Shown here: positions 29,482 to 38,573 of the stretch, piece by piece
Layout: the number at the start of each line of letters is the position of its first letter
How positions within the stretch are numbered: position 1 is the first letter of the stretch
DNA from: Thermomicrobiales bacterium
GTDB lineage: Bacteria; Chloroflexota; Chloroflexia; Thermomicrobiales; UBA6265
Length of the DNA: 64,000 nucleotides
NCBI GenBank assembly: GCA_036558305.1
Contig: DATBFX010000341.1
Location: forward strand, 6,101-70,100
Direction of reading: 5' to 3'
Made by a program: the position numbers and the translations under genes
Notes under the pieces: model-generated
The model's input: the letters and a program-made list of their open reading frames with translations, nothing else
What the model was told of the DNA's origin: nothing
Databases searched by the model: none

Positions 29482-30840
29482 ATGCCCACCCAAACGGCGA
29501 CCACGATTACGATGCCGCAACTCGGCGAGAGCGTGACCGAAGGGACGATCGGTGCCTGGCTCAAGCAGGTCGGCGATCGTGTCGAAAAGTACGATCCCCT
29601 GGTCGAGGTCGAAACGGACAAGGTCAACTCCGAGATTCCGTCGCCCGTTGCCGGGGTGCTCGTCGAAATCCTGATCGAGCCGGAGAGTACCGTCCCGGTC
29701 GGCGCCGGGCTGTGTCGGATCGACGAAGCGGGCGAAGGTTCGGTCCCCCCGGCCCCCCAATCCTGGGGGGAGAACGACGACCCGCAGTCTTCAGGGCCAT
29801 TCTCAAGAGCGCGACCCTCCGTCTCCCCCCAGGATTGGGGGGCCGGGGGGGCCGAAGCCGGGGGGGCCGAACCGCCCACCGAACTCGATCTCCTCCGCAC
29901 CCGCTCGTCACCGGCCGTCCGCCGTATTGCGGAAGAGCACGGTCTCGACATCGGCCAGATCGACGGTACCGGCATCGGGGGCCGCGTCACCAAACAGGAC
30001 ATCCTTGCCTACGTTGCCCAGATGCAATCCGCCGCTCCCGCCTCGGTGGAAACGACGGAGCGCGTCGTCGCGGCGCCGCCGGCACCGGCTGCCGTCCAGC
30101 CACCAGAACCGCGAGCGGCCGCGCGTCCCGCAATCCAGCCCTTCCCCGGCGACGAGGTCGTCCCGGTGACGCCGATGCGCCGGCAGATCGCCGAGCACAT
30201 GGTCCGCTCGGAGCGACTGGCGCCGCACGTGACGACGGTGGTCGAGGTCGACATGACCAACGTCGTGGCGTACCGCGCGGCCCGCAAAGAGGACTTTGCG
30301 CGACGGGAGGGAATCGAGCTCAGCTACCTGCCGTTCGCGATCAAGGCCGTCACCCTGGCGCTCCGCGATCACCCGCGGATGAACGCGGTCTGGGACGAAG
30401 AGCGCATCATCCACCGCAACGCGATCCACGTCGGCGTCGCGGTCGGTCTGGAGGACGGTCTGATCGTGCCGGTCGTCAAGCACGCCGATCGCCTCAGCCT
30501 GACCGGTCTGGCGCACGCCGTGGCCGACCTGATTGCCAGGGCCCGCGCCGGTAACCTGACGCCGGACGACGTCACCGGCGGCACCTTCACCGTCAACAAC
30601 CCCGGCACTTTCGGTTCGATTGCCTCCACGCCCATCCTTGTTCAACCCCAGGTTGCCATCCTCTCGACCGAGGCCATCGTCAAACGCCCCGTGGTCGTCG
30701 ACGACATGATCGCGATCCGGTCGATGATGAACCTCTCGCTCAGCTTCGACCATCGCGCCCTCGACGGTCTCGCCGCGGCCCGCTTCCTCCAACGGGTCAA
30801 ACGCTGGCTGGAGGGCGTGGACGACAAGATCGCCGTGTAG
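29482..30840 (+). CDS. 2-oxoacid dehydrogenase E2 component (dihydrolipoamide acyltransferase)
   Basis: Lipoyl domain (VEVETDKVNSEIPSP), PSBD (SSPAVRRIAEEHGLDIGQIDGTGIGGRVTKQDI) and a catalytic domain ending in SFDHRALDG. The linker contains the palindromic element listed separately. Confidence 0.9.
   Translation: MPTQTATTITMPQLGESVTEGTIGAWLKQVGDRVEKYDPLVEVETDKVNSEIPSPVAGVLVEILIEPESTVPVGAGLCRIDEAGEGSVPPAPQSWGENDDPQSSGPFSRARPSVSPQDWGAGGAEAGGAEPPTELDLLRTRSSPAVRRIAEEHGLDIGQIDGTGIGGRVTKQDILAYVAQMQSAAPASVETTERVVAAPPAPAAVQPPEPRAAARPAIQPFPGDEVVPVTPMRRQIAEHMVRSERLAPHVTTVVEVDMTNVVAYRAARKEDFARREGIELSYLPFAIKAVTLALRDHPRMNAVWDEERIIHRNAIHVGVAVGLEDGLIVPVVKHADRLSLTGLAHAVADLIARARAGNLTPDDVTGGTFTVNNPGTFGSIASTPILVQPQVAILSTEAIVKRPVVVDDMIAIRSMMNLSLSFDHRALDGLAAARFLQRVKRWLEGVDDKIAV
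29745..29850 (+). repeat. perfect 29-bp inverted repeat (MITE/REP-like element) embedded in-frame in the E2 linker
   Basis: ccccccggccccccaatcctggggggaga (29745-29773) and tctccccccaggattggggggccgggggg (29822-29850) are exact reverse complements separated by 48 nt. The arms translate as PQSWG and PQDWG. Confidence 0.9.
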
Positions 30841-30941
30841 GACGGGGTTGGTTGGTGGGCACAAGCCGACGATCGCCGCCTGAGCGATGTGAGAATCCCG
30901 CCCCAGCCAGAGACCCCCACGACGAGGGTGTGGGAACGTCA

Positions 30942-31017
30942 CATGGTACCACATCGAAGAAACGGATAGGAGATTCGAATTCTTCGTAGATATTATGGTA
31001 ATTCGCATGGTACCACA
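30942..31017. promoter_or_regulatory. AT-rich island with two copies of CATGGTACCACA (palindromic core TGGTACCA) flanking a small hairpin
   Basis: CATGGTACCACA occurs at 30942-30953 and 31006-31017, centres 64 bp apart. Between them cgaagaa (30955-30961) pairs with ttcttcg (30980-30986). The element lies in a ~650 bp gap with no convincing ORF. Its function is unknown. Confidence 0.4.
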
Positions 31018-31489
31018 GCCATGCCGCGCCAAATAGGCATAATTGCCTAATTGGCACTCCTGTATTCCGCGATACACGACCGCCGCATCGGCAATGCTCG
31101 CGATGCCCCGCCGACGCGGTTCCCTATGCTGGGAGACCGGTCAGCGAACAGACCGGGGATCGGGACCACACCCATTGTCCGCCGGAGCGAATCGCCAATG
31201 GGTGCGTACCGGGGTGCGCACCGGAGAACGCGTCTCACTCAAGGGGTCGAACTCGCGATCACGAATGGTGTCACGCCCACCGGCCGGTGGTGGTGGCCGA
31301 ATGATCTGTTCGCGTTCCGGCATCGTACTATGCAGAGGGTTGGTGTGTAGAAAGGAGGATGCAGTTCTCGGTTCGATGAGGCCGGCCGTCGTCGAGATGG
31401 CGACGATCCCGCCGAGCCCCGCGGCGGCCAACTGACGCCGGTCCGATGGCGCGACACCGCCGACGAGATAGACACGAGAGGGAAAGCCA

Positions 31490-33109
31490 ATGATTCGGTT
31501 CAACCATTGCCGTGCGATCGTCTTCGCTGTCGTAGCGCTATGTCTATCACCAGTTCTTATGCAGACACACCCAGCCGTGGCCCAGGACCGCCCTGTCCTC
31601 CGCTTCGGCACCAATGCCGCCGATCTCTCGACCCTCGATCCCCACTACGCCTCCGGCACGCAGGACCGAACCGTCGTCGACATGCTCTTCAACGCGCTGG
31701 TCCGCTTCAAACCCGGCGACGCCTCGGTGATCGAACCGGATCTGGCAACCGCCGTCCCGGAACCGGTGATCGAAGGCGGGAAGCAGACCTGGACTTTCAC
31801 CCTCCGCGACGGGGTCGTGTGCCACCCGTGGGAGGGCGGAGAAGCCTATCCGCTGACGGCGGACGACGTGGTCTTCTCGCTTCAAAAGTCGGCGAATAAG
31901 GACAGCTCCGGGTATGCGGCCGACTACGCGGGGATGACGGTTGCCAAGGTCGACGACAAGATCGTCAAGATCACGATGGACGCTCCCCTCTCGCCGACCC
32001 TCTTCCTGCCGAAAGTCGCCAACTACAACGGCGGTTTCATCGTCTGCGCCAAGGCCGTCGAAGCACTCGGGCTCGACGGGTTCAAGACCCACCCGGTCGG
32101 CACCGGACCGTTTGTGTTCCAGTCCTACACCCCGCAGACCAGCGTCATCCTCACCGCCAACGACAACTACTTCCGCGGCGCGCCGAAACTCGGCGGGGTG
32201 GAAGTCCGCTACATGCCGGATGCGACGAGCCGCGAGCTGGCGCTCCAATCGGGCGAGTTGGATGCCGCGTCGGGCGTCAACGAGGCCCAGTGGGTCGACC
32301 GCATCAACGGCGAGGGCACGCTCAAGGCCGACGTCTTCGGTCCCGGCGAGGTCGCCTGGGTCAACCTGAACGTCACCAACCAGTACCTGTCCAAACCGCA
32401 GGTTCGCCAGGCGATCGCCTACGCCATCGACCGTGAGGAGCACCAGGCGCTCTACGGGTCGCCCGTCTCCGAAATCGTCTATTCGGTGGTACCGGCCTCG
32501 CTGATGCCGGGCGGGTTGACCCAGGAACAGGCCACCGCCGCTGGCGTTGACTATCCCCACAACATCGAGAAGGCCAAGCAACTGCTCACCGAGGCGGGGT
32601 ATCCAGACGGGTTCGAGATGACCCTGGTCACCAGCGAGATGCCGGCCTACCGCTCCAACTACGAAGTCCTCCAATCCGAACTGGCGAAGATCGGGATCAA
32701 GATCGACCTCCAGGTGGTCGATCATGCCACGATGCACGCCCAGATCCGGGAGGACGTCAACCCGATCGTGATCTACGTCGCGTACCGGCCGAATGCCGAC
32801 GTGTACCTGACCCAGTTCTTCTACTCGCCGTCGATCGTCGTGTCCGGCGCCTCGCCGGTGACCAACTTCAGCCACTACGGCGCGATCGACGACCTGATCC
32901 TCCAGGCCCGCGGCGAGACCGATCCCGCCGCGCAGGAAGAACTCTGGCGTCAGGCGAACACCCAGATCCTGAAGGACGTCGCCGCGATTCCGCTTCAGTA
33001 CCAGAATCAGGTCTACGCGCGCAATCCCAAGGTCGACTACGGACACGAGTTGGTCAAAGTCCTCGCCCTCTACCCGGGCATCGACGAAACGACCACGATC
33101 GCGTCGTAA
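31490..33109 (+). CDS. ABC transporter substrate-binding protein, family 5 (peptide/nickel type)
   Basis: Signal peptide MIRFNHCRAIVFAVVALCLSPVLMQTHPAVAQ. SBP_bac_5 pattern LRFGT...LDPHYA...NALVRFKPGD. Confidence 0.88.
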   Translation: MIRFNHCRAIVFAVVALCLSPVLMQTHPAVAQDRPVLRFGTNAADLSTLDPHYASGTQDRTVVDMLFNALVRFKPGDASVIEPDLATAVPEPVIEGGKQTWTFTLRDGVVCHPWEGGEAYPLTADDVVFSLQKSANKDSSGYAADYAGMTVAKVDDKIVKITMDAPLSPTLFLPKVANYNGGFIVCAKAVEALGLDGFKTHPVGTGPFVFQSYTPQTSVILTANDNYFRGAPKLGGVEVRYMPDATSRELALQSGELDAASGVNEAQWVDRINGEGTLKADVFGPGEVAWVNLNVTNQYLSKPQVRQAIAYAIDREEHQALYGSPVSEIVYSVVPASLMPGGLTQEQATAAGVDYPHNIEKAKQLLTEAGYPDGFEMTLVTSEMPAYRSNYEVLQSELAKIGIKIDLQVVDHATMHAQIREDVNPIVIYVAYRPNADVYLTQFFYSPSIVVSGASPVTNFSHYGAIDDLILQARGETDPAAQEELWRQANTQILKDVAAIPLQYQNQVYARNPKVDYGHELVKVLALYPGIDETTTIAS

Positions 33110-33113
33110 CGGA

Positions 33114-33219
33114 GGCGGCAAGGCGGCAAGGCGGCGAGGCGGCAAGGACGATAAGAGACCGACGGACAGCTCCCGGATTCCTATTCCCTGTTCCCTTGCC
33201 GCCTTGCCGCCTTGCCGCC
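33114..33219 (+). repeat. intercistronic hairpin B: (GGCGGCAA)x4 - loop - (TTGCCGCC)x3
   Basis: Left arm 33114-33147 is ggcggcaaggcggcaaggcggcgaggcggcaagg. Right arm 33194-33219 is ccttgccgccttgccgccttgccgcc. About 22 bp can pair perfectly. It starts 5 nt after the SBP stop and ends 14 nt before the permease ATG. Confidence 0.9.
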
Positions 33220-33233
33220 TCGATTGAACTCCT

Positions 33234-34175
33234 ATGCTCAGACACATCGTCCGACGGCTGCTGCTGGCGATACCGACCCTGCTGGCGGTCTTCACCATCA
33301 TTTTCGTCGTCGTTCGGGTCGCTCCTGGCGACCCGGCGACGGCCGTGCTCGGCGACAACGCGTCCAAGCAGGCGGTCGATGCGCTGCGCGAGCGGATGGG
33401 ACTCAACGAACCGCTCTGGAAGCAGTACCTGACCTTCCTTGCCGACCTCTCACGTGGCGATCTCGGGAAATCACTGAAAACCGGTCAGCCGGTCTGGTAT
33501 CAGATCCGATCCGCTTTGCCCCACACGCTGGAGCTCACCTTCGCCGCCATCTCGATCGGGCTGGCGATCGGCGTGCCGATCGGGGTCGTCACCGCCGTCC
33601 AGCGCAACCGCGCGCCCGACTACATCGGCCGCGTCGTCTCCCTCGTCGGTCTCTCGCTGCCGGCGTTCTACCTGGCCGTTCTGCTGATCTACTTCTTCGC
33701 TGTCAAGGTGAGTTGGTTCCCGGCCGTCGGCGCCCCGCCGCTCTCCGATCTCGGCGCCAATCTGCATCACCTCGTCCTCCCGGCCGTCACCCTCGGGTTG
33801 ATCGAAATGGCCTACATCGCCCGCATGACCCGCTCGGTGATGATCGCCGTCCTCAGCGACGACTACGTAAGGACGGCGCGAGCGAAGGGACTCCGGGAAT
33901 GGGTTGTCCTGGTCAGACACGCCCTGCGGGCCGGGTTGATCCCGATCGTCTCCCTCGTCGGCATCTTCGCGATCAGCTTGATCGGATCGTCGGTCCTGGT
34001 GGAGGAGGTCTTCGCCCGACCGGGGCTCGGCAAGCTGATGGTCGGCGCGACCAAGCAGAAGGACTACACGTCGTTGCAGTCGATCATGGTGGTCTACGCC
34101 TGCATCATCGTCGTCATCAACCTGATTACCGACATCCTCTATACGGCGATCGACCCGCGGGTTCGCTACTCGTGA
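33234..34175 (+). CDS. ABC transporter permease (DppB/OppB-like)
   Basis: MLRHIVRRLLLAIPTLLAVFTIIFVVVRVAPGDP. EAA-loop region YVRTARAKGL. Confidence 0.9.
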   Translation: MLRHIVRRLLLAIPTLLAVFTIIFVVVRVAPGDPATAVLGDNASKQAVDALRERMGLNEPLWKQYLTFLADLSRGDLGKSLKTGQPVWYQIRSALPHTLELTFAAISIGLAIGVPIGVVTAVQRNRAPDYIGRVVSLVGLSLPAFYLAVLLIYFFAVKVSWFPAVGAPPLSDLGANLHHLVLPAVTLGLIEMAYIARMTRSVMIAVLSDDYVRTARAKGLREWVVLVRHALRAGLIPIVSLVGIFAISLIGSSVLVEEVFARPGLGKLMVGATKQKDYTSLQSIMVVYACIIVVINLITDILYTAIDPRVRYS

Positions 34176-34212
34176 TCCCCGGAGTCGGCTGGGGGCGGAG
34201 GAGGGCCCGTCG

Positions 34213-35112
34213 ATGAGCGAATCGGCCGTCTCAAGCGGTGATTTGACCGGCACAGGCCGGCAGACCGACTACATCTCGGGTGGTCGGCGGGCGCTGCGGA
34301 CGTTCGCCCGCAACCGCACCGCAGTCGTCGGCGTCGGACTCATCTCGCTCCTCCTCCTGGTTGCCATCGCCGCGCCGCTCATCGCCCCCCACCACCCGCT
34401 CGACCAGAGTGTCCGCAACCGACTTGCCCCGCCGAGCGCGGACTACCCGCTCGGCCGCGACGACAAGGGACGCGACATCCTGTCGCGGGTGATCTTCGGG
34501 ACGCGGATCGCGCTCCAGGTCGGGGTCTTCTCGGTCCTCCTCGGCGGTGTGCTCGGTACCCTGATCGGTCTCACCGCCGCGTTCTTCGGCGGCAAGACCG
34601 ACGGCGCCCTGATGCGGTTGACCGATGTCCTCCTCTCCTTTCCCGACCTGATCACCGGTCTGCTCGTCCTCGCCGTCCTCGGTCCCGGTCTTTCCAAGAT
34701 GATCGTCGCCATCGGCTTGACCATCGCGCCTCGCTTCTCGCGAATCTCCTACGGATCGGCTCTTTCCCTGATGCGGCGCGACTTCGTCGACGCCGCCCGC
34801 ACGATCGGGGTCGGCAACTCGCGCATCCTGCGCGTCCACCTTTTGCCGAACGTCCTCGGGGAACTGCTGGTCTTCGGCAGTCTCTGGACCGCGTCGGCGA
34901 TCCGCCTCGAAGCCAGCCTCAGTTTCATCGGGCTCGGCGTTCAGCCGCCCACGCCGACCTGGGGTCAGATGATCCGCGAAGGCACACTCTACCTGACGAC
35001 CGTTCCCTGGTACTCGCTCGGCCCTGGTCTGGCGCTTTTGCTCGCCGTTCTCGCTTTCAACCTCGCCGGCGACGGGCTGCGTGACGCCCTCGATCCCCGG
35101 TCACGGTCCTGA
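34213..35112 (+). CDS. ABC transporter permease (DppC/OppC-like)
   Basis: GLISLLLLVAIAAPLIAPHHP, PLGRDDKGRDILSRVIFG and FVDAARTIGV. Confidence 0.9.
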   Translation: MSESAVSSGDLTGTGRQTDYISGGRRALRTFARNRTAVVGVGLISLLLLVAIAAPLIAPHHPLDQSVRNRLAPPSADYPLGRDDKGRDILSRVIFGTRIALQVGVFSVLLGGVLGTLIGLTAAFFGGKTDGALMRLTDVLLSFPDLITGLLVLAVLGPGLSKMIVAIGLTIAPRFSRISYGSALSLMRRDFVDAARTIGVGNSRILRVHLLPNVLGELLVFGSLWTASAIRLEASLSFIGLGVQPPTPTWGQMIREGTLYLTTVPWYSLGPGLALLLAVLAFNLAGDGLRDALDPRSRS

Positions 35113-36366
35113 CGCCACCGCGACGCGTTGCCACTCCACTATCCGCAACGGCGGCGCGATCCACAGCACCAGCGGCACCGCCAAATTGACGGCCGACAGC
35201 ACGATCAGGGTCTCTTGCAGACCAAACTGCTCCAGCATCGCGCCGTAGGCGACAATGCCAACCGACCGTGCCCCCGAGCTGAGTGCCATCAGACTGCCGA
35301 AGACCCGGCCGCGCATCGTCTCCGGGACCCGCTCCTGGAGGATGGTCATCCAGATCGGATTCGTCGGTTCCAGGAAGATGGCGTTGACCACGATCGACGC
35401 GGTGACGATCACCAGCGGCGGCAACGGGATCAGCACCCAAAACGTGAGCGCCCGTACGGCAAATCCGGTCACGATCGTGGTCCGCCTCGGCAATCGCGGC
35501 GCGAACGACAGAAACAGCACGTTGCCGATCAACGACCCCGCCGCCAGCGCGGCATACATGAAGCCCAAGTCGACGGCGCTGCCAAAGACTTCCTTCGCGT
35601 AGACCGGGAGCACGACCGAATAGATCGGTTCCGCCAGCAGATTCCCCAGCGCGAACGCCGCGATCATCCAGCGGATGAGCCGGTCGCCCCGCACGAAGCG
35701 CAAGCCGTCAAGCAACGATCCGGGACGGCCTCCCTGACCGGCGTCGGTGGTCGCCCCGTCCGTCTCGCGGCCGCGCGCCGGGACCCTGAGCGCGACGATG
35801 CCGGCGGAGACGAGGAAGGTCGCGGCGTCGATCCACATCACATTCGTCGGACTGAACGCCGCGATCAGGACGCCGCCGAGGGGCGGTCCGACCAACCCGG
35901 CGACCCGCGTCACCATCTGTGAGGACGCATTCGCGCGTTCGAGTTGCACCCCACCGAGTCGGGCAAGCTCCGGATAGAGACTCAGGCGGGCCGCCCAACC
36001 GGGAGCGTCGAGCACCGCGCCGAGGAAGACCAGGACGAGCAATTCCCAGAAGGCGAGACCCACCGTGTGGTAGAGCAAGGGGACCAGCGCCACGTTCACG
36101 GCGCTTGCCAAATCGGCGACGATGCTCGTCCGCTTGAATCCCAGGCGGTCGACGACGACGCCACCGACGATGCCACTCACCAGGACGGGGAGGGCGCCGA
36201 CGGCCGCCGTGACCCCCGTCTTGCCGGCGCTCCCGGTCGTTTGCAACACGAACCAGGGGATCGCAAGGTAGGTAAAAACGTTGCCGATCCCGGAGATCCC
36301 GTCGGCCGTCAGCAACGCGATGAACGGCGCCCGTCGTGGCGGTGTCGAGCCTGGCGAATCGATCAC
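35101..36366 (-). CDS. MFS transporter
   Basis: 421 aa, about 12 TM segments, MFS_3/EntS-like N-terminus FIALLTADGISGIGNVFTYLAIPWFVL. GTG start. The 3' end overlaps the convergent permease gene by 12 nt. Confidence 0.8.
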   Translation of the reverse strand: MIDSPGSTPPRRAPFIALLTADGISGIGNVFTYLAIPWFVLQTTGSAGKTGVTAAVGALPVLVSGIVGGVVVDRLGFKRTSIVADLASAVNVALVPLLYHTVGLAFWELLVLVFLGAVLDAPGWAARLSLYPELARLGGVQLERANASSQMVTRVAGLVGPPLGGVLIAAFSPTNVMWIDAATFLVSAGIVALRVPARGRETDGATTDAGQGGRPGSLLDGLRFVRGDRLIRWMIAAFALGNLLAEPIYSVVLPVYAKEVFGSAVDLGFMYAALAAGSLIGNVLFLSFAPRLPRRTTIVTGFAVRALTFWVLIPLPPLVIVTASIVVNAIFLEPTNPIWMTILQERVPETMRGRVFGSLMALSSGARSVGIVAYGAMLEQFGLQETLIVLSAVNLAVPLVLWIAPPLRIVEWQRVAVASGP

Positions 36367-36621
36367 TCATTCCTCGGGTGCGGGCGTGGCAATGACCGGG
36401 TGCATCCGCACGTTCGTTGCCAAGCGCAAACCCGCCGGAACCAGGATCGAGATTGCGCCGAGGGATGGGCCTGTGCACCCCAAGGCTGGTACCACCTGAG
36501 GGACGAACAGCCATCGACTTCGGTTGGGCAACCGGAGTACGTCAGTCCGGAAGGTTGGTAGCCCACGTGTCGCAAACCGTAATAGCGCAGCGTTGACACT
36601 CTTGGTCTAGGGCAACGTTCA

Positions 36622-37596
36622 TCACTCGCGCCGAACGGTAACTCGCTCGACCAGGTCGCTCATGGTCACCCGTGTACCACTTTTGGTGAGGACCCACCAT
36701 CGCCGCCCGCTTTTGAAGATGTACCAGCCCGGGAATCTGGTTCCGGCCTCCAAGGGTGGGCCGACCTCCTTGGACCCGGCACTCGACGTCTGCCGCCGCG
36801 GCGTCGTCGTCTTCACCGTCCATTCGCGGAGGCAGGCATGGGCCGTGGTGTTCTTGAATGGATGATCGCTCGGATAGCCCCGCAGGACGTCCTCGGCGAC
36901 GAAGGCCGGCACATCGGGAGCAGCGTACGTCGGCCCGGTGGGCGTCACCGGTCCCGGCTCCGGGCTGCCCATGCGTTTCCGCTCGTCGGTTCTGGCGGCG
37001 AACCATCGATCGGCGTAGATGTCCCAGGCCAGCCGGCCGCCGATCATCGTGTGGCGGAGCTTGTCGGGGCAGTTGTGGCGGTCCGGGTGTTCCGTCTCGC
37101 AGAACGCCGGACAGCCGGCGACGACCCAGTTGAAGTCCCAGTGCCGCTCCGGCTTGTCGATGTTCAGCCGCGCCGCTACCCGGCCCATGAAGTCGGCCGT
37201 GACCGTAATGACGCGATCGCGTCGACGGGGATCCGCCCACAGGTCGGCATCCTCGATCATCTCGCACGAAAAGCCGTTCATATTGCCGGGACCGCCACCG
37301 TCCGCCGCCTGCCAGGTCACCTCGTCGGCGGGGATCATCACCCAACACTCCCGGTCGTCGCACGTGGAGTGGTAGGACGCCTGCCGACCCTCGGCGCCGT
37401 TGAAGAGGTATTGGGCTTCGGAAGCCGCTGTGCTGTGTGGGTTTCCGTTGCCGTGCTGCACGCTGCGGCGAGGCATCATGGCCGGGATACCCGGGCGGTT
37501 CTGGGTCATCCACTCGGGCAAGATCTTGAGGTGGATCGGGTAGTCGGTCTCGAGCGGTCCGCCGGGGAGTCCCGGAACGGTCGTCGAGTTCGCCAT
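36622..37596 (-). CDS. N-acetylmuramoyl-L-alanine amidase (Amidase_2/PGRP fold), lysin-like
   Basis: VQHGNGNPHSTAASEAQYLFNG...ASYHSTCDD...WQAADGGGPGNMNGFSCE is the Amidase_2 zinc-amidase pattern. The ~130-aa C-terminal extension is of unknown type. Confidence 0.75.
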   Translation of the reverse strand: MANSTTVPGLPGGPLETDYPIHLKILPEWMTQNRPGIPAMMPRRSVQHGNGNPHSTAASEAQYLFNGAEGRQASYHSTCDDRECWVMIPADEVTWQAADGGGPGNMNGFSCEMIEDADLWADPRRRDRVITVTADFMGRVAARLNIDKPERHWDFNWVVAGCPAFCETEHPDRHNCPDKLRHTMIGGRLAWDIYADRWFAARTDERKRMGSPEPGPVTPTGPTYAAPDVPAFVAEDVLRGYPSDHPFKNTTAHACLREWTVKTTTPRRQTSSAGSKEVGPPLEAGTRFPGWYIFKSGRRWWVLTKSGTRVTMSDLVERVTVRRE

Positions 37597-38219
37597 GTCA
37601 CTCCCTCCGGTGTCATCGCGCAGGAGCGGAAACCGCGCGTCGGATCATGGCCGAGTGCCCTGAGTTCCTTTGGTCGTACATCCTAACGTACTCGGGCGGC
37701 CACATGTCCGCGCCGAGGGGAGATCGGCTCGTCGCTCGCCGCTGCGACTTCAGCGATCGGTTCCTGGCCACGGGGGCCCCAACACGCTGCGTTTGCCCGG
37801 CCGAACCCGGCAATGGTGTTCGCCGCGGCGATGCGTCCTCTCTTGCCGTCTATGCTCTTCGCCGGGGGCCGGTGCCGTCCTCGCCGTGGTGCGTGCGCGT
37901 CGCCGTAGCCGTCGCGGTTGTGTCCACAAGCGGTGCCCGTACCGCGAGCGGCTCGTCCCGATCCGGCACGTCGTCATCGGCGGCGTGCCGCTCGACGCGG
38001 TGTAGGGAAGCGGCCGGATGCAGATGGTGCGACGGGTTCGACGGGTCGGGGCCGCGGCGGTGGATCGCGGACCGGCACGGCATGACCGTCGGGGCGGTCT
38101 GCGCGGAGGCGGCGGGCGTTGCACGAGGTAGGAAATCCGCCCCCGGCGATTCGATCTGTACCCGACCACGCTACCGGTTGCAGCGTAGCCGGGCTCGACC
38201 ACCGTCGCCGTTGTGATGT

Positions 38220-38573
38220 TTACCTTTCGCGGAGGAGACCAGGTCCGCGGGGCGGCGGCGGCAGAATGATGTGCTCTTTCACGAGCCAGAACGTCCCCGT
38301 CGTCTTGGCATAGCGCGGCACGTCTTCCCAGGCCGCCGCAACTTCCGGCGATTGCCCGGCGCGAAGGAATGCCTCCTCGTCGTCGTACCACTGCTCGACG
38401 AACGCCTCGGTCTCGAGCTCGCCTTGAATCCGCCGAGTGACCTCGGAGACGACGTAGCCCCGCAGACCCGGCGCCTTGGCCGAGATCGGCGCGTGGACGT
38501 CCAACCAGTACCGAATGAACTCCTCGGGCGTGAAATCTTCCCGCCGATACGCCGTTCCGATCGCTTTGATCAC
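38220..38573 (-). CDS. EthD-family protein
   Basis: The last 117 codons of track ORF 38220..39428: (V)IKAIGTAYRREDFTPEEFIRYWLDVHAPI...EQWYDDEEAF. The GTG at 38573 overlaps the upstream TGA (GTGA). Confidence 0.7.
   Translation of the reverse strand: MIKAIGTAYRREDFTPEEFIRYWLDVHAPISAKAPGLRGYVVSEVTRRIQGELETEAFVEQWYDDEEAFLRAGQSPEVAAAWEDVPRYAKTTGTFWLVKEHIILPPPPRGPGLLRER

Noticed and set aside
31344-31485. A minus-strand fragment, VYLVGGVAPSDRRQLAAAGLGGIVAISTTAGLIEP, resembling the C-terminal phosphate-binding strand-loop of a TIM-barrel enzyme (ThiE-like).
   Set aside because: Only ~45 residues are present, with no start or upstream remainder. The similarity is from memory of a loose pattern, so it is too weak to annotate as a pseudogene.
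37850-38083. A 77-aa minus-strand ORF (MPCRSAIHRRGPDPSNPSHHLHPAAS...) in the gap upstream of the amidase.
   Set aside because: High third-position GC hints at coding. However, there is no motif, no obvious ribosome-binding site and a biased composition, so evidence is insufficient to call it a gene. It is mentioned in a finding instead.
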